A stretch of DNA of 64,000 nt from Alphaproteobacteria bacterium (GCA_965205265.1 CBDBGH010000003.1:4768001-4832000); one strand, 5' to 3'. Positions 9,021 through 19,745 are shown, counted from the stretch's first letter. Program-made: numbers and translations. The notes: generated by a model not told the origin, from the letters alone.

Positions 9021-11220
9021 CAAAACGGTCGGCACGGGCGGCGCCGGGGCTGTATTCCGGGAGACGGACACGGCGAGTCATATCCTGCTGCTGCGGGAGG
9101 AGGGCGACACCGGCGCGGGCGTCCTGTTCAGCCTGACGGAAGAACTGCCCTTTGCGCGCAGTGTGGAATTGGCCGGTTATGTCAACGCAAGGAACTATCT
9201 GGCCGATGTTCTGGGTCTTGATGGTGAAGACGGGACCCTGCGGGCGGAGATAGCCAGGCTGGTTCTGTGCCATATCGAGTCGCTGAACCTCGGTCCGCCG
9301 GGCGCGAGCGCCGAGCGGGGCCAGGAGAACTGGAACGACTTGCTCGGTGAGGATGCCGGGGAAGACGGCCTCATGAAGATCGAGGACCGCACCATGCAGG
9401 TCGATTCGGAGGTGTTCGAACGGGGTTGGGGGTCCCTTGCGCGCCCGGCCACGGAAAGCGGAACCGTTGTGCCAACCCCGTCCTACTGGGACAGCCGTTT
9501 GTCGGTCAGTCGGCCTCTGGACAGCTTCAGGGCGTTCAGGATGCTTCGCCAGGTGGCGGACAGGACCGGCGAGCCGGTCGCGCGGAAGATGCTGGAGGCC
9601 GTCGAGAAGCTCGATCTCGACAGCGCCTCGGAGGCGTTGAGGGCGGTCGGTGCGGCCGGGACCGGTGCGGCGAAGTATTACGGCGAGGAAGCGCCGGATT
9701 CCGCCGACCGTCGTCAGGCGGCCGGCACCTATCCGCTGTTCGCCGGCATGATTGCGCGCAGCACGACGCTCCAGAAGGCTGTAGCCGAGCGCGAACCGCT
9801 GCAGGCGGCGGTCCAGAAGATGACGGGACTGGCCCCTGCCGCGTTGCGTCGTCTGGCGAAAGTGGACCGTCCGCCACCCGCGGACCCGGTATTCGGGATC
9901 CATGAAGCGGCGCGGGGTGAAGATGCGCTCGGAATCGAACGCCGCCGGCTCTACGCGGTCTCGGGCCGTGCCGACATCGAGGATGCGATTCCGATGCTTT
10001 CGAAGCTCGATCCGTCCTGGGCGCCCGACAGCAACGAGGCGTGGGAGGCCTTCACCACGATCCTGGGGTCGGGGGTTCTCTCCCTGTCGATGATTATGGA
10101 CCGTCCGGCCGACGAGATTGTGAAGACATCGAAGGGGAACTGGACCGGATGGCTGAAGGCGCTCGCGAAGGACGCCGGCTACAACGACGAGAATCCGGTT
10201 GACCGGCGTCGGCTTTCATTGGCCATGTCGGACGCCGTTCAGGGAATCTATGAATTGTCCCAGCGCGTGCTGCTGCCACTGGCCCTGTCGTCGATCGAGC
10301 AACGCAAATTCGAAACGCCGTATGCCAGCGCCACCTATCTGGAAGCGGCGTTTCATGCGGGACTGTCGGTGGTTTGCGGGTCCGCGAAAAATCCCCTCGG
10401 GGCCCTGCTGGCCTTTTCGCGGAGCTATGTGTCGAGGATCGGCCATATAGAGGAGGCGGTCGCCGAAATAAACAAGGATATGGAAGCGCGGGGGATAACA
10501 AACGAAGCCTATCCGCCGGGCACCTGGCCGGCGATGTTTCGCGGCACGTTCGAACATAACGGCGTCGAGATCAGATGCATTACGTCCCGTGACGATCTCG
10601 TGAAGGAGGGCAGGGAGATGCATCATTGCGTCGGGGGCTATGTGGATGCCGGCGAGTCCGGGAAGTCGCATTTCCTGTCGGTGCGCGGACCCGGGCCGGA
10701 AGACAGGTCAACCCTACAATTCGAAGGCGAGGTGGAGCAGTATCTGCGAAAGCGGCAGCATTTCAGCTATTACAACGGCGATGTGACGCCGGCGCACGCT
10801 GCAGCCGTTCAGGCGCTGCGGCAGGCCATCACGAGCAAGATCCTGCCGCTCGATCCCAAATTGGCGGAATGGCGCCAGGAGGCGGCGGCCGGGAACCTGG
10901 AGCGGATGCGCCAGGATCGTTGGGGATGGGTGTGCAACATGGTCCGCCCGCAGGAGGGCGTGCCGGAGAAGCTGTGGCACGAATGGCGGGGGATTATCGG
11001 CGGTCGGGCCGCGAAGGCCGACAAACCGGGAATTCTCTACACGGATCCAAAGGTTCGCGACATGGTGAGGGTCCTGTCCCCGGTCGCCGCTTCGGTCATG
11101 GAGGATGAAGCCCGAAAGAGGGCCGAGGCCAGGGCAAGGGAGAAGGAAGAGGCCCTTCGGGCGGCCTCCGGAACAGAGCCCGCGCCGGCCGGCGAGGATG
11201 CGGCGCCCGCGCCGGCGTAA
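9010..11220 (+). CDS. PcfJ-domain protein
   Basis: LVKEGREMHHCVGGY...FLSVR...RSTL motif; ATG 9010 overlaps the helicase 3' end. Confidence 0.75.
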   Translation: MSLDKTVGTGGAGAVFRETDTASHILLLREEGDTGAGVLFSLTEELPFARSVELAGYVNARNYLADVLGLDGEDGTLRAEIARLVLCHIESLNLGPPGASAERGQENWNDLLGEDAGEDGLMKIEDRTMQVDSEVFERGWGSLARPATESGTVVPTPSYWDSRLSVSRPLDSFRAFRMLRQVADRTGEPVARKMLEAVEKLDLDSASEALRAVGAAGTGAAKYYGEEAPDSADRRQAAGTYPLFAGMIARSTTLQKAVAEREPLQAAVQKMTGLAPAALRRLAKVDRPPPADPVFGIHEAARGEDALGIERRRLYAVSGRADIEDAIPMLSKLDPSWAPDSNEAWEAFTTILGSGVLSLSMIMDRPADEIVKTSKGNWTGWLKALAKDAGYNDENPVDRRRLSLAMSDAVQGIYELSQRVLLPLALSSIEQRKFETPYASATYLEAAFHAGLSVVCGSAKNPLGALLAFSRSYVSRIGHIEEAVAEINKDMEARGITNEAYPPGTWPAMFRGTFEHNGVEIRCITSRDDLVKEGREMHHCVGGYVDAGESGKSHFLSVRGPGPEDRSTLQFEGEVEQYLRKRQHFSYYNGDVTPAHAAAVQALRQAITSKILPLDPKLAEWRQEAAAGNLERMRQDRWGWVCNMVRPQEGVPEKLWHEWRGIIGGRAAKADKPGILYTDPKVRDMVRVLSPVAASVMEDEARKRAEARAREKEEALRAASGTEPAPAGEDAAPAPA

Positions 11221-12589
11221 GGGGGAACGAATGGGCTATACCGGAGAGCAGGAAGAGGTCATCCACGCCGCGAGCCGAAGCGGGCAGAGCGTTCGCGTCA
11301 AGGCCTTCGCGGGAGCCGGAAAGACCACCACGCTAAAGGGTGTGGCCCGGGAGCGCGACGAGCCCGGCCTCTATCTCGCCTTCAACCGTTCGATCGCCCA
11401 GGAGGCGCGGCCGAAATTCGCCGGCACGGGCGTCAGGGCGCGCACGACGCATGGCGCGGTCTATAACGCGATGCGCGAGCATATCGCGGAAACCATCCCG
11501 GGCCGGACACGCTGCGTGATCGATGCCGGCGTTCTGCCGGGCTACATGATGTCCGGGCTCTCGAAAGGCTGGAACCGGTTCCGGCTTGCCGCGGCAGTGG
11601 CGCAGAGCGTGGCGAAATGGTGCGCGAGCGCCGACCCGGAACTCGGCGCGGAGCATGTGGCGGAGGCCATCAGGGACATGGAGGGCGACCCGGAATGGAT
11701 GCCGCCGGGCAGCGCGCGTGACAGGGCCCAGCGGGCCCTGAACGAGCTGCCGGGCCGTCTGGCGCCTGTGGCGCAGAAGTTTCTGGCCAAATGCGTCGGG
11801 GAAAACAAGTTCACGCATGACATGTATCTGAAATGCGCGGAGCTGCGCTCGGATATAGCGGCGGAGGCGTTCCAGGGAGCCCGGTATCTGATGGTGGACG
11901 AGGCTCAGGACCTCAATCCGGTCCAGCGTTCCCTCATCGAGAAGTCCGGTCTCCCGGTGATTGCGGTCGGCGACGCCTACCAGCAGATCTATTCCTGGCG
12001 GGGGAGCCAGAACGCCCTTGACCACCTTCCCGGGGAGGAACTCTATCTGACGGGCTCGTTCCGTTTCGGCGACAATGTCGCCGAACTCGGCAGGAGGATT
12101 CTGGCCTCCAGGCCCGACGGCGGTCCGGCGCAACGTCTCGAGGGGCTGGGGCCTCCGTCGGTCGAGGGGCTGGAAGGCCCGAAAATGGGCCTGGTGTGCC
12201 GCACCAATGGCGGGGCCATCGAGGCGGCGGAGATGGTGGTCGCGAGATACCCGAAAATCCCGTTCTTCCTCGATAATTTCTCGCATGTCCTCCAGGAGGT
12301 CGAGTCGCTCGAGGCCTTGCGGCAGAAGGACCGCAAGGCGATCGTCTCGGAGCGCGTGAAGCGGTTCGAGACCTGGAACGAGGCGCTCGACGAGGCCGAG
12401 TATGGCGGCGACCCGGAGTTCACGCGCCTGGTCAAGCTGGTCGCCGATGACGGTGTCGGGCGGGTGAAGAAGATCGATGCGCTGCGCGGCAAGGACGAGT
12501 CCGCCGCACTGGTCAAGATATGCACGGGCCACAGGGCCAAGGGGCTGGAGTGGCCGTCGGTCAGGATGTGGGAGGACTTCCAGACCTTT

Positions 12590-14505
12590 CCTGACTTCGA
12601 CGGTTGATTCGCATAAGTAGTTGATATTGCCTGGTTCTCATTTCGGCTAGGCACTACATCCGGCATTTCTTCGAGCCGTGCTTCGTCGACGGTCAGGCGA
12701 GTTGATACGGGGTGATCGTCAGGGGCAGCCCCATGGTTGCGTAAATCTGCTCCGCCGCCGGTGTCGGCTTCGAGGGGATGACGTAGCGGTTGCCCGATTG
12801 CCGACAGCGCAGCAGGGAGCACTGGCGGTGGACGAGGGCGGAGCGGATGACCTCCGGGGACATCCGCCGCTTCTGGATGGCGACGCGGTACGCAAGGTGT
12901 CGAACGCAGGCGAAGGCCAGGAAGGCGATGGCGATGTGAGCGCGGATCCGGTCCGGGTTCCAGTGCCAGATGGGACGTATCTTCAGGTCGTGTTTGGTGA
13001 TCCGGAAGCTCTCCTCGACCTGCCAGAGCCCCTGGTAGTGAGCCATCACTTCGGTGACGCGCGCGTCGCGCAGATTGGTGATGACGCCGGTGAGCCCGTC
13101 CCATCGTGCGGCCTCGGCGATCTTCTCCGGGTTCACCGTGAGCCGTGCGTCGCCCTCGACGGCGATGAAGCGCTTCGCCCCGTGATTGGAGAGCAGTTCC
13201 CTGGGATTGTCGCTGCGGGCCAGCCTGTCGAGCAGGCGTTCCACCTGATGGCGGCGCTCGTGCGCGTCCTTGCGTGCGCGCTGGGGGCAGAAGACGACGA
13301 TCAGGCGACGGCCCTTGTACTCCCACTCGCCGACCCGGCGGTCCTGTGAGCCCTCCAGCGGGGCATAGGTCCCGGGGTCGAGAACCTGCCCCAGCAGCGC
13401 GAGCGGCAGCTTGCGCAGCCGCGCGCCGACGACATACTCGCCGCCGATGGCGTCCATGGCGTCGAGGTTGTCGGCGCTCAGCATGCCCCGGTCGGCCACG
13501 CATACCGTGCGCTCCACCTGGTGGCGGCGCTGCATGTCCTGCAGGACCGGGACCATGCTGTGTCCCTCGTAGGTGGCGCCGGGGAAGACCTCGTAGCTGA
13601 TCGGCAGCCCTTCGCGCGTCACCATCAGCGCCAGCAGAACCTGCGAGTCCTTGTGTTTGCCGTCCTTGCTGAAGCCGTGCTGGCGAAGCTCGTCCTCGGC
13701 GGCCGTCTCGAAGTAGAGCGTGGTGCAATCGAAGAAGAGGATCGCGACCGGCTCCGGCAGCAGCGACCGGCTCGCCTCGCCGACGCGCGTGCGCAGTCGC
13801 TCGATCACCGTCGCGTCGAGCTGATCCATCATCCGGTAGACCTTCTCGAGCGGAAGACTCACGCCGAAGTCCTCCTCGAGCCGGCGCACGCTGCCCCGCT
13901 TGCTGTCGGGGTTGGCTACCCGCGCCATCACCACATGGAACAGCGCGTCATGGGAGGCCCGGTAGCGCGAGCGCGGCAGCAGCGCGTCGAGGCCCAGCAG
14001 CCGGTAGATCTCGCCATAGACCTCGTGGATGCCTGTGATCAGGCGCTGCTCCTCTTCAAGCTGCTTGAGGTCGACCGGGAGTTCCTCCTTGCCGTCCCCC
14101 CGGCGGCCGACACGGATCGCCTGCTCAGCGATCTTCTCGGGCGCAAACAATGCCGGCTGACGCTCGTCCTCCAGCTTCGCCTTGACGTACTCGCCGAGCT
14201 GCCTCAGGCGCTCGAGCTCGTCCTCGTCCATGGCCACGCCGACATGGCGGACGATGCGCTGTCGGACCTTGCCGCCGTCGCGCACGGCCTCGACGATCTG
14301 GACCGAGCGTCGCGGGCTGTTGGGGGAGGTCTTGATGCGCACGAACATGGGGGGAGTGTAGCGCGTGGCGGAGGCATTGACAGTCTCAAAGATTTACTAG
14401 GCACTACAACGCAGCTTGACCGCACCGCAACTGCCAACTCATTGGCTTTACTGAAAACTCCAGACGCGAGATCGGTCAGAAGTCAGCCCAACCGTCGAAG
14501 TCAGG
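12590..14505 (-). mobile_element. IS1634-family insertion sequence, copy 1 (1916 bp)
   Basis: 17-bp terminal inverted repeats CCTGACTTCGACGGTTG/CAACCGTCGAAGTCAGG; 6-bp target duplication ACCTTT (12584-12589, 14506-14511). Confidence 0.95.
12693..14348 (-). CDS. tnp: IS1634-family DDE transposase
   Basis: FFDCTTLYFE, GFSKDGK, VADRGM, Y..LWQVEESFRITK, RPIWHW...RIRAH. Confidence 0.95.
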   Translation of the reverse strand: MFVRIKTSPNSPRRSVQIVEAVRDGGKVRQRIVRHVGVAMDEDELERLRQLGEYVKAKLEDERQPALFAPEKIAEQAIRVGRRGDGKEELPVDLKQLEEEQRLITGIHEVYGEIYRLLGLDALLPRSRYRASHDALFHVVMARVANPDSKRGSVRRLEEDFGVSLPLEKVYRMMDQLDATVIERLRTRVGEASRSLLPEPVAILFFDCTTLYFETAAEDELRQHGFSKDGKHKDSQVLLALMVTREGLPISYEVFPGATYEGHSMVPVLQDMQRRHQVERTVCVADRGMLSADNLDAMDAIGGEYVVGARLRKLPLALLGQVLDPGTYAPLEGSQDRRVGEWEYKGRRLIVVFCPQRARKDAHERRHQVERLLDRLARSDNPRELLSNHGAKRFIAVEGDARLTVNPEKIAEAARWDGLTGVITNLRDARVTEVMAHYQGLWQVEESFRITKHDLKIRPIWHWNPDRIRAHIAIAFLAFACVRHLAYRVAIQKRRMSPEVIRSALVHRQCSLLRCRQSGNRYVIPSKPTPAAEQIYATMGLPLTITPYQLA

Positions 14506-14660
14506 ACCTTTGAGAAGCTCGATCTGGACTATGAGAAGGCCCGCGCGCGCGGGCCGGCGGTCGCCCAGAGGGCGCTCGAGGAGTGGAACCTCGCCTATGT
14601 GGCCGCGACCCGGGCCATGCAGGTGACGCGCATGCCGCCCGAGCTGGAGCGCGAGATCGC

Positions 14661-14891
14661 TCAGGTCGGGGCGCGGAAGCCGGCCCGCGAGGAAATCGTG
14701 GCTGCTGCGATGTAGCCCGGCCGCCCGCGCATGTTCCTGTTGAACAGCTCGTCGGCACAGCACTCGGCGAGACCGTGAAACAGGGCGTAGTAGGCCGTGC
14801 TCACGGCCCGCCGAAGGTCCGACTCGAGCGGTCTGCCCGGGCCGGTAGGAAGGAGGCGCTCGGCAGAGGTGAGGAGGTCAGACGGTCTCAG
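14661..14891 (-). pseudogene. Truncated HEPN-domain (toxin-like) gene, not in the ORF track
   Basis: Manual translation from CTG 14891 gives RPSDLLTSAERLL...ESDLRRAVSTAYYALFHGLAECCADEL; after about 14716 it runs into the antisense strand of the UvrD 3' end. Confidence 0.7.
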
Positions 14892-15189
14892 GGGTCAGGT
14901 CCCTGGCGTCGGCCCTGGCGACGAGGTGCGTGTTGGGGAACGCGTCGATGCCCATGTCCCACAGGATGTCCTGGATGCGGGTGCGCAGGCTGTGTTTGGC
15001 GGGGAGAGCAAGGTCGCAAGGGTCGCCGTCGTAGATCGCCCAGACCTCGACCATGTCGCTGCCGCTCCATGAGGTGCGCGGCTTGATCCAGATGTCGGTG
15101 AAATCGACGCCGGGATGAAGGGTGGCGACGGCGTCCCTGATCGCGGCTTCGACGTCTCGGAGGCGTGTGTCCGTTTTCAAGTGAGGCAC
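14878..15189 (-). CDS. Small protein, probable nucleotidyltransferase-fold antitoxin partner of the HEPN gene
   Basis: 103 aa; stop overlaps the HEPN start; acidic beta-strand pattern GSDMVEVWAIYD. Confidence 0.5.
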   Translation of the reverse strand: MPHLKTDTRLRDVEAAIRDAVATLHPGVDFTDIWIKPRTSWSGSDMVEVWAIYDGDPCDLALPAKHSLRTRIQDILWDMGIDAFPNTHLVARADARDLTPETV

Positions 15190-15448
15190 CCTGCCGCTTC
15201 GTCGGCGGCTTCGTCGGCGGTTCGACTCGTCCGCGACAGGATTAAATCAGGGCTGGCGATCAGGGGCAACCTCACGGCCGGCACGCTTTCTGCTCCAGGA
15301 CGGCAATGGGAATTGCCGGTCCGGAAAAATTCGAGTTTCCCCAATTTTCACGCATTGCGGGGGGCGGCTTCCCCAAGCGCCGTCTATAATTTTGCGATGG
15401 GGTGGCTGTAGCCGGTTTTCGATAAGTCGTGGCGGGAGCACGGAGAGG

Positions 15449-16075
15449 ATGATCGCGCGGAAGCGTCGGGGGATGAGGGCGGTCTGGTTTGCGTTCCTGA
15501 TGGCAGCTTCAGCGATGGCCCCGGGAGAAGGGGCAGGGCAGGAGTCGAAGGAGCCGGAAAGGATTGTGGAACAGGTCGACACCGATGTGTTGAGGCCCTG
15601 TCCGCAGGACAAGATTGCGAGGCTGCTCCGGACGGCGGTGACACCCGGTCAGATCAGCGCGGCGCTTGCCCTGGAGCGCGAGACGCTGAAGTTCTGCGCG
15701 CAGCGGCAGGCCTTGGTGCTCAGGCTGTTCGAACTGGAAAGCAGGATACGGGACAAGACACCGGAACTGGTCGTCGTGCCGGAGCCGAAAGTCATCATCA
15801 AGGAGGTGCCGGTCGAGAGGATCGTGGAGGTGCCGACCCCGGTGACCTCGAAGGCCCCCGCGGTGAATGTGGCCGATATGGGGTTTTTTTCGGTCTTCGG
15901 CTCCGCCGCGAAGCCGAAGGCCGGCATAACGCTCGGTGACGGATCCCGGGTGTTTGTCGGCGTTGGCGACGATGTCGCCGGGATTGGAAAGGTGGAGAGC
16001 ATTTCCATTAATCCGGCGGAAGTCCGGGTATCGGGAGCATTGAAGAACCCGCTTCCGCTTCGCAAGGGGCAGTAG
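15449..16075 (+). CDS. Type IVb pilus biogenesis protein, PilP-like
   Basis: Signal peptide, coiled coil, C-terminal beta domain (SVFG...VGVGDDV...KVESIS); lies directly before the pilus ATPase. Confidence 0.55.
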   Translation: MIARKRRGMRAVWFAFLMAASAMAPGEGAGQESKEPERIVEQVDTDVLRPCPQDKIARLLRTAVTPGQISAALALERETLKFCAQRQALVLRLFELESRIRDKTPELVVVPEPKVIIKEVPVERIVEVPTPVTSKAPAVNVADMGFFSVFGSAAKPKAGITLGDGSRVFVGVGDDVAGIGKVESISINPAEVRVSGALKNPLPLRKGQ

Positions 16076-16078
16076 CAA

Positions 16079-17794
16079 ATGAGCGTGCAGGAGCATTGGG
16101 AGGAGCTGAAGGACGCTTTCCTGCGGGTAATCGGACGCCCGCGCTCGACGGTGCGCCTGATTCGTCGTCACGAGCTGATAGACGAGGAATTCATGTCGAT
16201 GTGCGCGCCCTGGTCGGACGGGCGCGTGATGATCCTGAAAGGGTTCGGCAACAACGACAAGCTGCATGCGGTCCTGAACGAACTCGTGGCGGCCGGGGAG
16301 GTCGCCCGACCGGTCAAGAAAGAGGAGACCACGGCGGAGGAACTGCGGAATGTCTGGGCCGGACGTCCGGTCCAGTTTGACGAAGGGGACCCGGAGATCC
16401 GGAAACGGATCAAGGCGATCTTCACGGATGCCGCGGATGCGAAGGCCTCGGACGTGATGTTCGAGCTCTCCGACGAGGCCTGCGACGTCTTCGTGATAGC
16501 GAATGACAAGAAATTGCGCCTGGGCGAGCGCATGACCGTCGCCATGGGCGAGCGTATGATGGGGTTCCTGTTCCACATCAGGGATGCCGGGTCGGCCCAG
16601 ACCAGCTATCAGCGCGGTTCGTTCCAGGGGTTCAGTCTGCGCAACCGCAAGGGTTTCCCGTTGCCGGAGATAATTTCCGGCCTGCGATGCCAGCGCGGTC
16701 CGCACGAGCCGGAACGCGACCACATGTTCTGCCGGATTTTCTATCGGAACCAGATTCCGGAGAACATTACGCTGGAGTCGCTGGGTTTCAGTCGGGATCA
16801 GGCGGATATTTTCGCGGAGATCCGGCAGAGCCTGCAGGGTGCCGTGTTCATCGGCGGAACGACCGGCGACGGAAAATCGACGACGCTGGCGGCGAACATG
16901 CAGCTCCAGTTCAATGAGAACAACGGGGAGGTGAATCTCGTAACGGTGGAGGATCCGGTCGAGTATCCGATCCCCGGGGCGGTGCAGATCGCCGTGCCCA
17001 CGACGGGCTCGGGCGAGGAGCGCGCCAAGCATTATGTCCAGGCGCTGATGCACTTCTGCCGGGTCCACCCGGCCTCGGGAATGGTGAGCGAGATACGGGA
17101 CGGTGACGCCGCCCGGCAGGTCCTGCAGTTCGTCGATTCCGGCCACCAGGTGTGGACGACCATTCACGTTTCCAACGCCAATTCGATCCTGTTCCGGCTT
17201 ATCGACCTGGGCGTGAATCCGGGCGAGGTCTGCAAACCCGGCAACATCGCCCTGCTGGCCCAGCAGACGCTGGTTCCGATGCTTTGCCACAGTTGCCGTC
17301 TCGACGAGTCGACGGTCCCGGTGCCCAACCGTCTGGCGGATATCCTGAAAGACTGGAAGAAGGTCTATTACCGCAACCCGAAGGGTTGCACGGTATGCAC
17401 GCCAAAGGATGCCAAGGCGACGAAGGCCGCCGCCTGGGCGGGTTACCAGCGTCCGAAAGTCATCGCGGAGATGATTCGGCCGGATGCGGGCTATCTGGAA
17501 TTCGTGCGCGACCGCAACGCGAGCGGGGCCCTGGACTACTGGATCAGCGAGATGAAGGGCCTGCCGCTCGACGCGCAGATCTGGAGAGAGATTTTTCTCG
17601 GCAATGTCGACCCGATCGACGGCACGAGAAAGGGGGCGACCTATCGTGAAGGCAGGGCCTATGGGGATCGGGTCAGGCGCGAATATCTCCGGGTGTGGAA
17701 GGAGTCGGGGCACGAACCTGAGGCCCTCGGCCAGTTCCTGCGGCCGTCCGGTCTTGTGGCGGAGGAGGAAAAGGGCCGCAGCGCGGCGGCCTGA
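16079..17794 (+). CDS. pilQ: Type IV pilus assembly ATPase (PilQ/GspE family)
   Basis: ASDVMFE, GGTTGDGKSTT, TVEDPVEY, SEIRD, SGHQVWTTIH, CxxC motifs. Confidence 0.85.
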   Translation: MSVQEHWEELKDAFLRVIGRPRSTVRLIRRHELIDEEFMSMCAPWSDGRVMILKGFGNNDKLHAVLNELVAAGEVARPVKKEETTAEELRNVWAGRPVQFDEGDPEIRKRIKAIFTDAADAKASDVMFELSDEACDVFVIANDKKLRLGERMTVAMGERMMGFLFHIRDAGSAQTSYQRGSFQGFSLRNRKGFPLPEIISGLRCQRGPHEPERDHMFCRIFYRNQIPENITLESLGFSRDQADIFAEIRQSLQGAVFIGGTTGDGKSTTLAANMQLQFNENNGEVNLVTVEDPVEYPIPGAVQIAVPTTGSGEERAKHYVQALMHFCRVHPASGMVSEIRDGDAARQVLQFVDSGHQVWTTIHVSNANSILFRLIDLGVNPGEVCKPGNIALLAQQTLVPMLCHSCRLDESTVPVPNRLADILKDWKKVYYRNPKGCTVCTPKDAKATKAAAWAGYQRPKVIAEMIRPDAGYLEFVRDRNASGALDYWISEMKGLPLDAQIWREIFLGNVDPIDGTRKGATYREGRAYGDRVRREYLRVWKESGHEPEALGQFLRPSGLVAEEEKGRSAAA

Positions 17795-17800
17795 AGCGTC

Positions 17801-18841
17801 ATGGTGAAATCGATCCAGAAACTTCTGGCGGCGGGGACCGACCAGCGCATAGACACGTTCTACATGATCGAGGGGCTTTTGCTGGCGGGCATAGACCTCT
17901 CGCGCGTGCTGAACACGGTCTCCAGGGCCGCGGCCGCCCGGTCCGACAATTCGACCGTGGCCATGATGGAGTACTGGCAGGATGCGCTGGCCAATTCCCG
18001 GTTCCCGGAGGAAATGACCTACTGGGCGCCATCAAGCGAGGCGGTGGTGTTCCAGGGCTATGGCCTGGGCCGGATATCGGCTGCCGAACTGTTCAACGGG
18101 GCAGCAAGGATCGCCACCCTGAAGGCGAAACTCATCAGCGAGGTGATGAAGGCGTGCATCATGCCGATCCTTCTGACGGTGGGCTGCTTCGTCATGTTGT
18201 GGATGGCGGGCGGCAACATGTTGCCGGCCCTGGAATCGATTTCCGACCGCTCGTCCTGGGGTCTGATGACGATCATTGTCACGGACGTCTCGAAGTGGGT
18301 GTATGCCAACACCATTCTGGTCGTGGCGATAATCGGCGCGGTCATTGCGCTTTTCTGGGTCGTCACGGTGGCATATGCCGGGCCGGGCCGACGGGCGATG
18401 GACCGCCTGCCGCCGTTCTCGATCTACAAGCTGGTGACCGGCTGCTCCTTCCTGATCGTGGTGCTGGAGTTCGTCCGGGTCGGCCAGGAACTGTCCAGCC
18501 GGTTCTTCACGCGGCTGGAGGAGACTTCCTCTCCTTATGTGAGGTCGCGGATCCGGGCCGTGCGGGCGAACATGGCCAGGGGAGACCAGTTCGGCGCCGC
18601 GATGAAGGCTTCCGGGAACAATTTCCCCGATGCCGGTCTGATCGCTGTCGCCGAGGCGCTTGACGGGACGCCCGACTGGAATGTGGAACTCGGGAAATTC
18701 ATGGAGCGGTGGATCGAGCGTTCGGAGCGCACGCTGAAGTCCCGCCTGGGACTCATGCGGAACATATTGTTCGTGGTGGTTGCGGTGATTCTGGGATCGC
18801 TGGTCTCGGCGATGTTCGACGTCATGTCGCAGGTGCAGTGA
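17801..18841 (+). CDS. pilR: Type IV pilus inner-membrane platform protein (PilR/GspF family)
   Basis: Three hydrophobic segments; PPFSIYK and G..FPD motifs; follows pilQ. Confidence 0.8.
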   Translation: MVKSIQKLLAAGTDQRIDTFYMIEGLLLAGIDLSRVLNTVSRAAAARSDNSTVAMMEYWQDALANSRFPEEMTYWAPSSEAVVFQGYGLGRISAAELFNGAARIATLKAKLISEVMKACIMPILLTVGCFVMLWMAGGNMLPALESISDRSSWGLMTIIVTDVSKWVYANTILVVAIIGAVIALFWVVTVAYAGPGRRAMDRLPPFSIYKLVTGCSFLIVVLEFVRVGQELSSRFFTRLEETSSPYVRSRIRAVRANMARGDQFGAAMKASGNNFPDAGLIAVAEALDGTPDWNVELGKFMERWIERSERTLKSRLGLMRNILFVVVAVILGSLVSAMFDVMSQVQ

Positions 18842-18872
18842 AGAAGTGGCGGGCACAGGAAGCCGGGGTCCG

Positions 18873-19190
18873 ATGATCGAGAAGAAAGTGCTTTTGGGAG
18901 CCGCCTGCGCCGCGGCGCTGGTCTGCGCGTCCGTATCCGGCGCGCAGGCGCAGGAAAAGGACTTCAACGATGCCTGGCGGGAGATGCTTGACCTCAAAGG
19001 CCGCATGCAGAGCGACATCCGTGTGCTGACGGAGATGGTCGGTGCAATGGAAGCGGTGCTCGCCGCCCACGAGCTGGAGCCGCGGGCACCGGGCTACAAT
19101 GCGCTGGCCATGCGCCCGGGCGTCTGCCGCGAAGAACGCATGGCCGTATGGTGCAGGACGTTCTACAGGCGGGTCGGGGCTGTCGAGTGA
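18873..19190 (+). CDS. Secreted hypothetical protein
   Basis: Signal peptide (AQAQ); within the pil operon. Confidence 0.6.
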   Translation: MIEKKVLLGAACAAALVCASVSGAQAQEKDFNDAWREMLDLKGRMQSDIRVLTEMVGAMEAVLAAHELEPRAPGYNALAMRPGVCREERMAVWCRTFYRRVGAVE

Positions 19191-19693
19191 CGGTCTGGCT
19201 GCAGGGGGCGGCCGTTTTCGGAATAGCGGTTTCGGCATGGCGGGTCATGGCCACGGACGCCCGGCATTGCCGGATATCGTTGTTCTGGATCGCCATGCTG
19301 ACCTTGTTCGGCGCGGTGTGGTGGGGCGCATCCGGCCCCTTGCCCGGGTCGCTGGCAGGCGGGGCGGGGGTCGGTCTCGTCATGGGAGTCCTTGCCGGGT
19401 TTCTCCCCATCCTCATGGCCCATTTTCTGGGGCGTCCGTGGCCGATGATGACGGGCGACATCCTGCTTCTGGGGGCGCTGGGATGCGTGACGGGGCCCTG
19501 GGCCTTTCCCCTGGCCCTGGCGGCAGGCTGCGCAGGCGCGCTGGCCCACCGTTCCTGCGTGCAGCGGAAGCGCGGGCGGCCGTTCGCGAAAGGGTATTTG
19601 CCGTTCGCACCGGGCTTCGCGGCCGGGGTGATGACGCTCTTCGCGATGCAGGTCGCGGGCATCGTTCCCATGCGTTCGCTGGGACTGCTGTAG
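19187..19693 (+). CDS. Prepilin peptidase (A24 family, PilU-like)
   Basis: ATDARHCRI, GDILLLGALG, LPFAPG; hydrophobic; GTG overlaps the upstream stop. Confidence 0.8.
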   Translation: MTVWLQGAAVFGIAVSAWRVMATDARHCRISLFWIAMLTLFGAVWWGASGPLPGSLAGGAGVGLVMGVLAGFLPILMAHFLGRPWPMMTGDILLLGALGCVTGPWAFPLALAAGCAGALAHRSCVQRKRGRPFAKGYLPFAPGFAAGVMTLFAMQVAGIVPMRSLGLL

Positions 19694-19704
19694 CCGGGAA
19701 GACA

Positions 19705-19745
19705 ATGACAATCCGATTGTCATGAAAATCGGATAATGCTATGCA
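19705..19745 (+). promoter_or_regulatory. Operator/promoter site 1 (paired CAATCSGATTG boxes) upstream of gapR
   Basis: CAATCCGATTG 19709-19719 and AAATCGGATAA 19726-19736; TTGTCA-17-TATGCA. Confidence 0.7.

Larger units (their letters stand above)
11231..14715 (+). pseudogene. UvrD/REP-family SF1 helicase interrupted by IS1634 (pieces 11231-12589 and 14512-14715)
   Basis: AFAGAGKTT, VDEAQD, VGDAYQQIY and HRAKGLEW lie before the IS; after removing the IS and one ACCTTT copy the frame continues into EEWNLAYVAATRA (motif VI) and stops at TAG 14713-14715. Confidence 0.9.
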
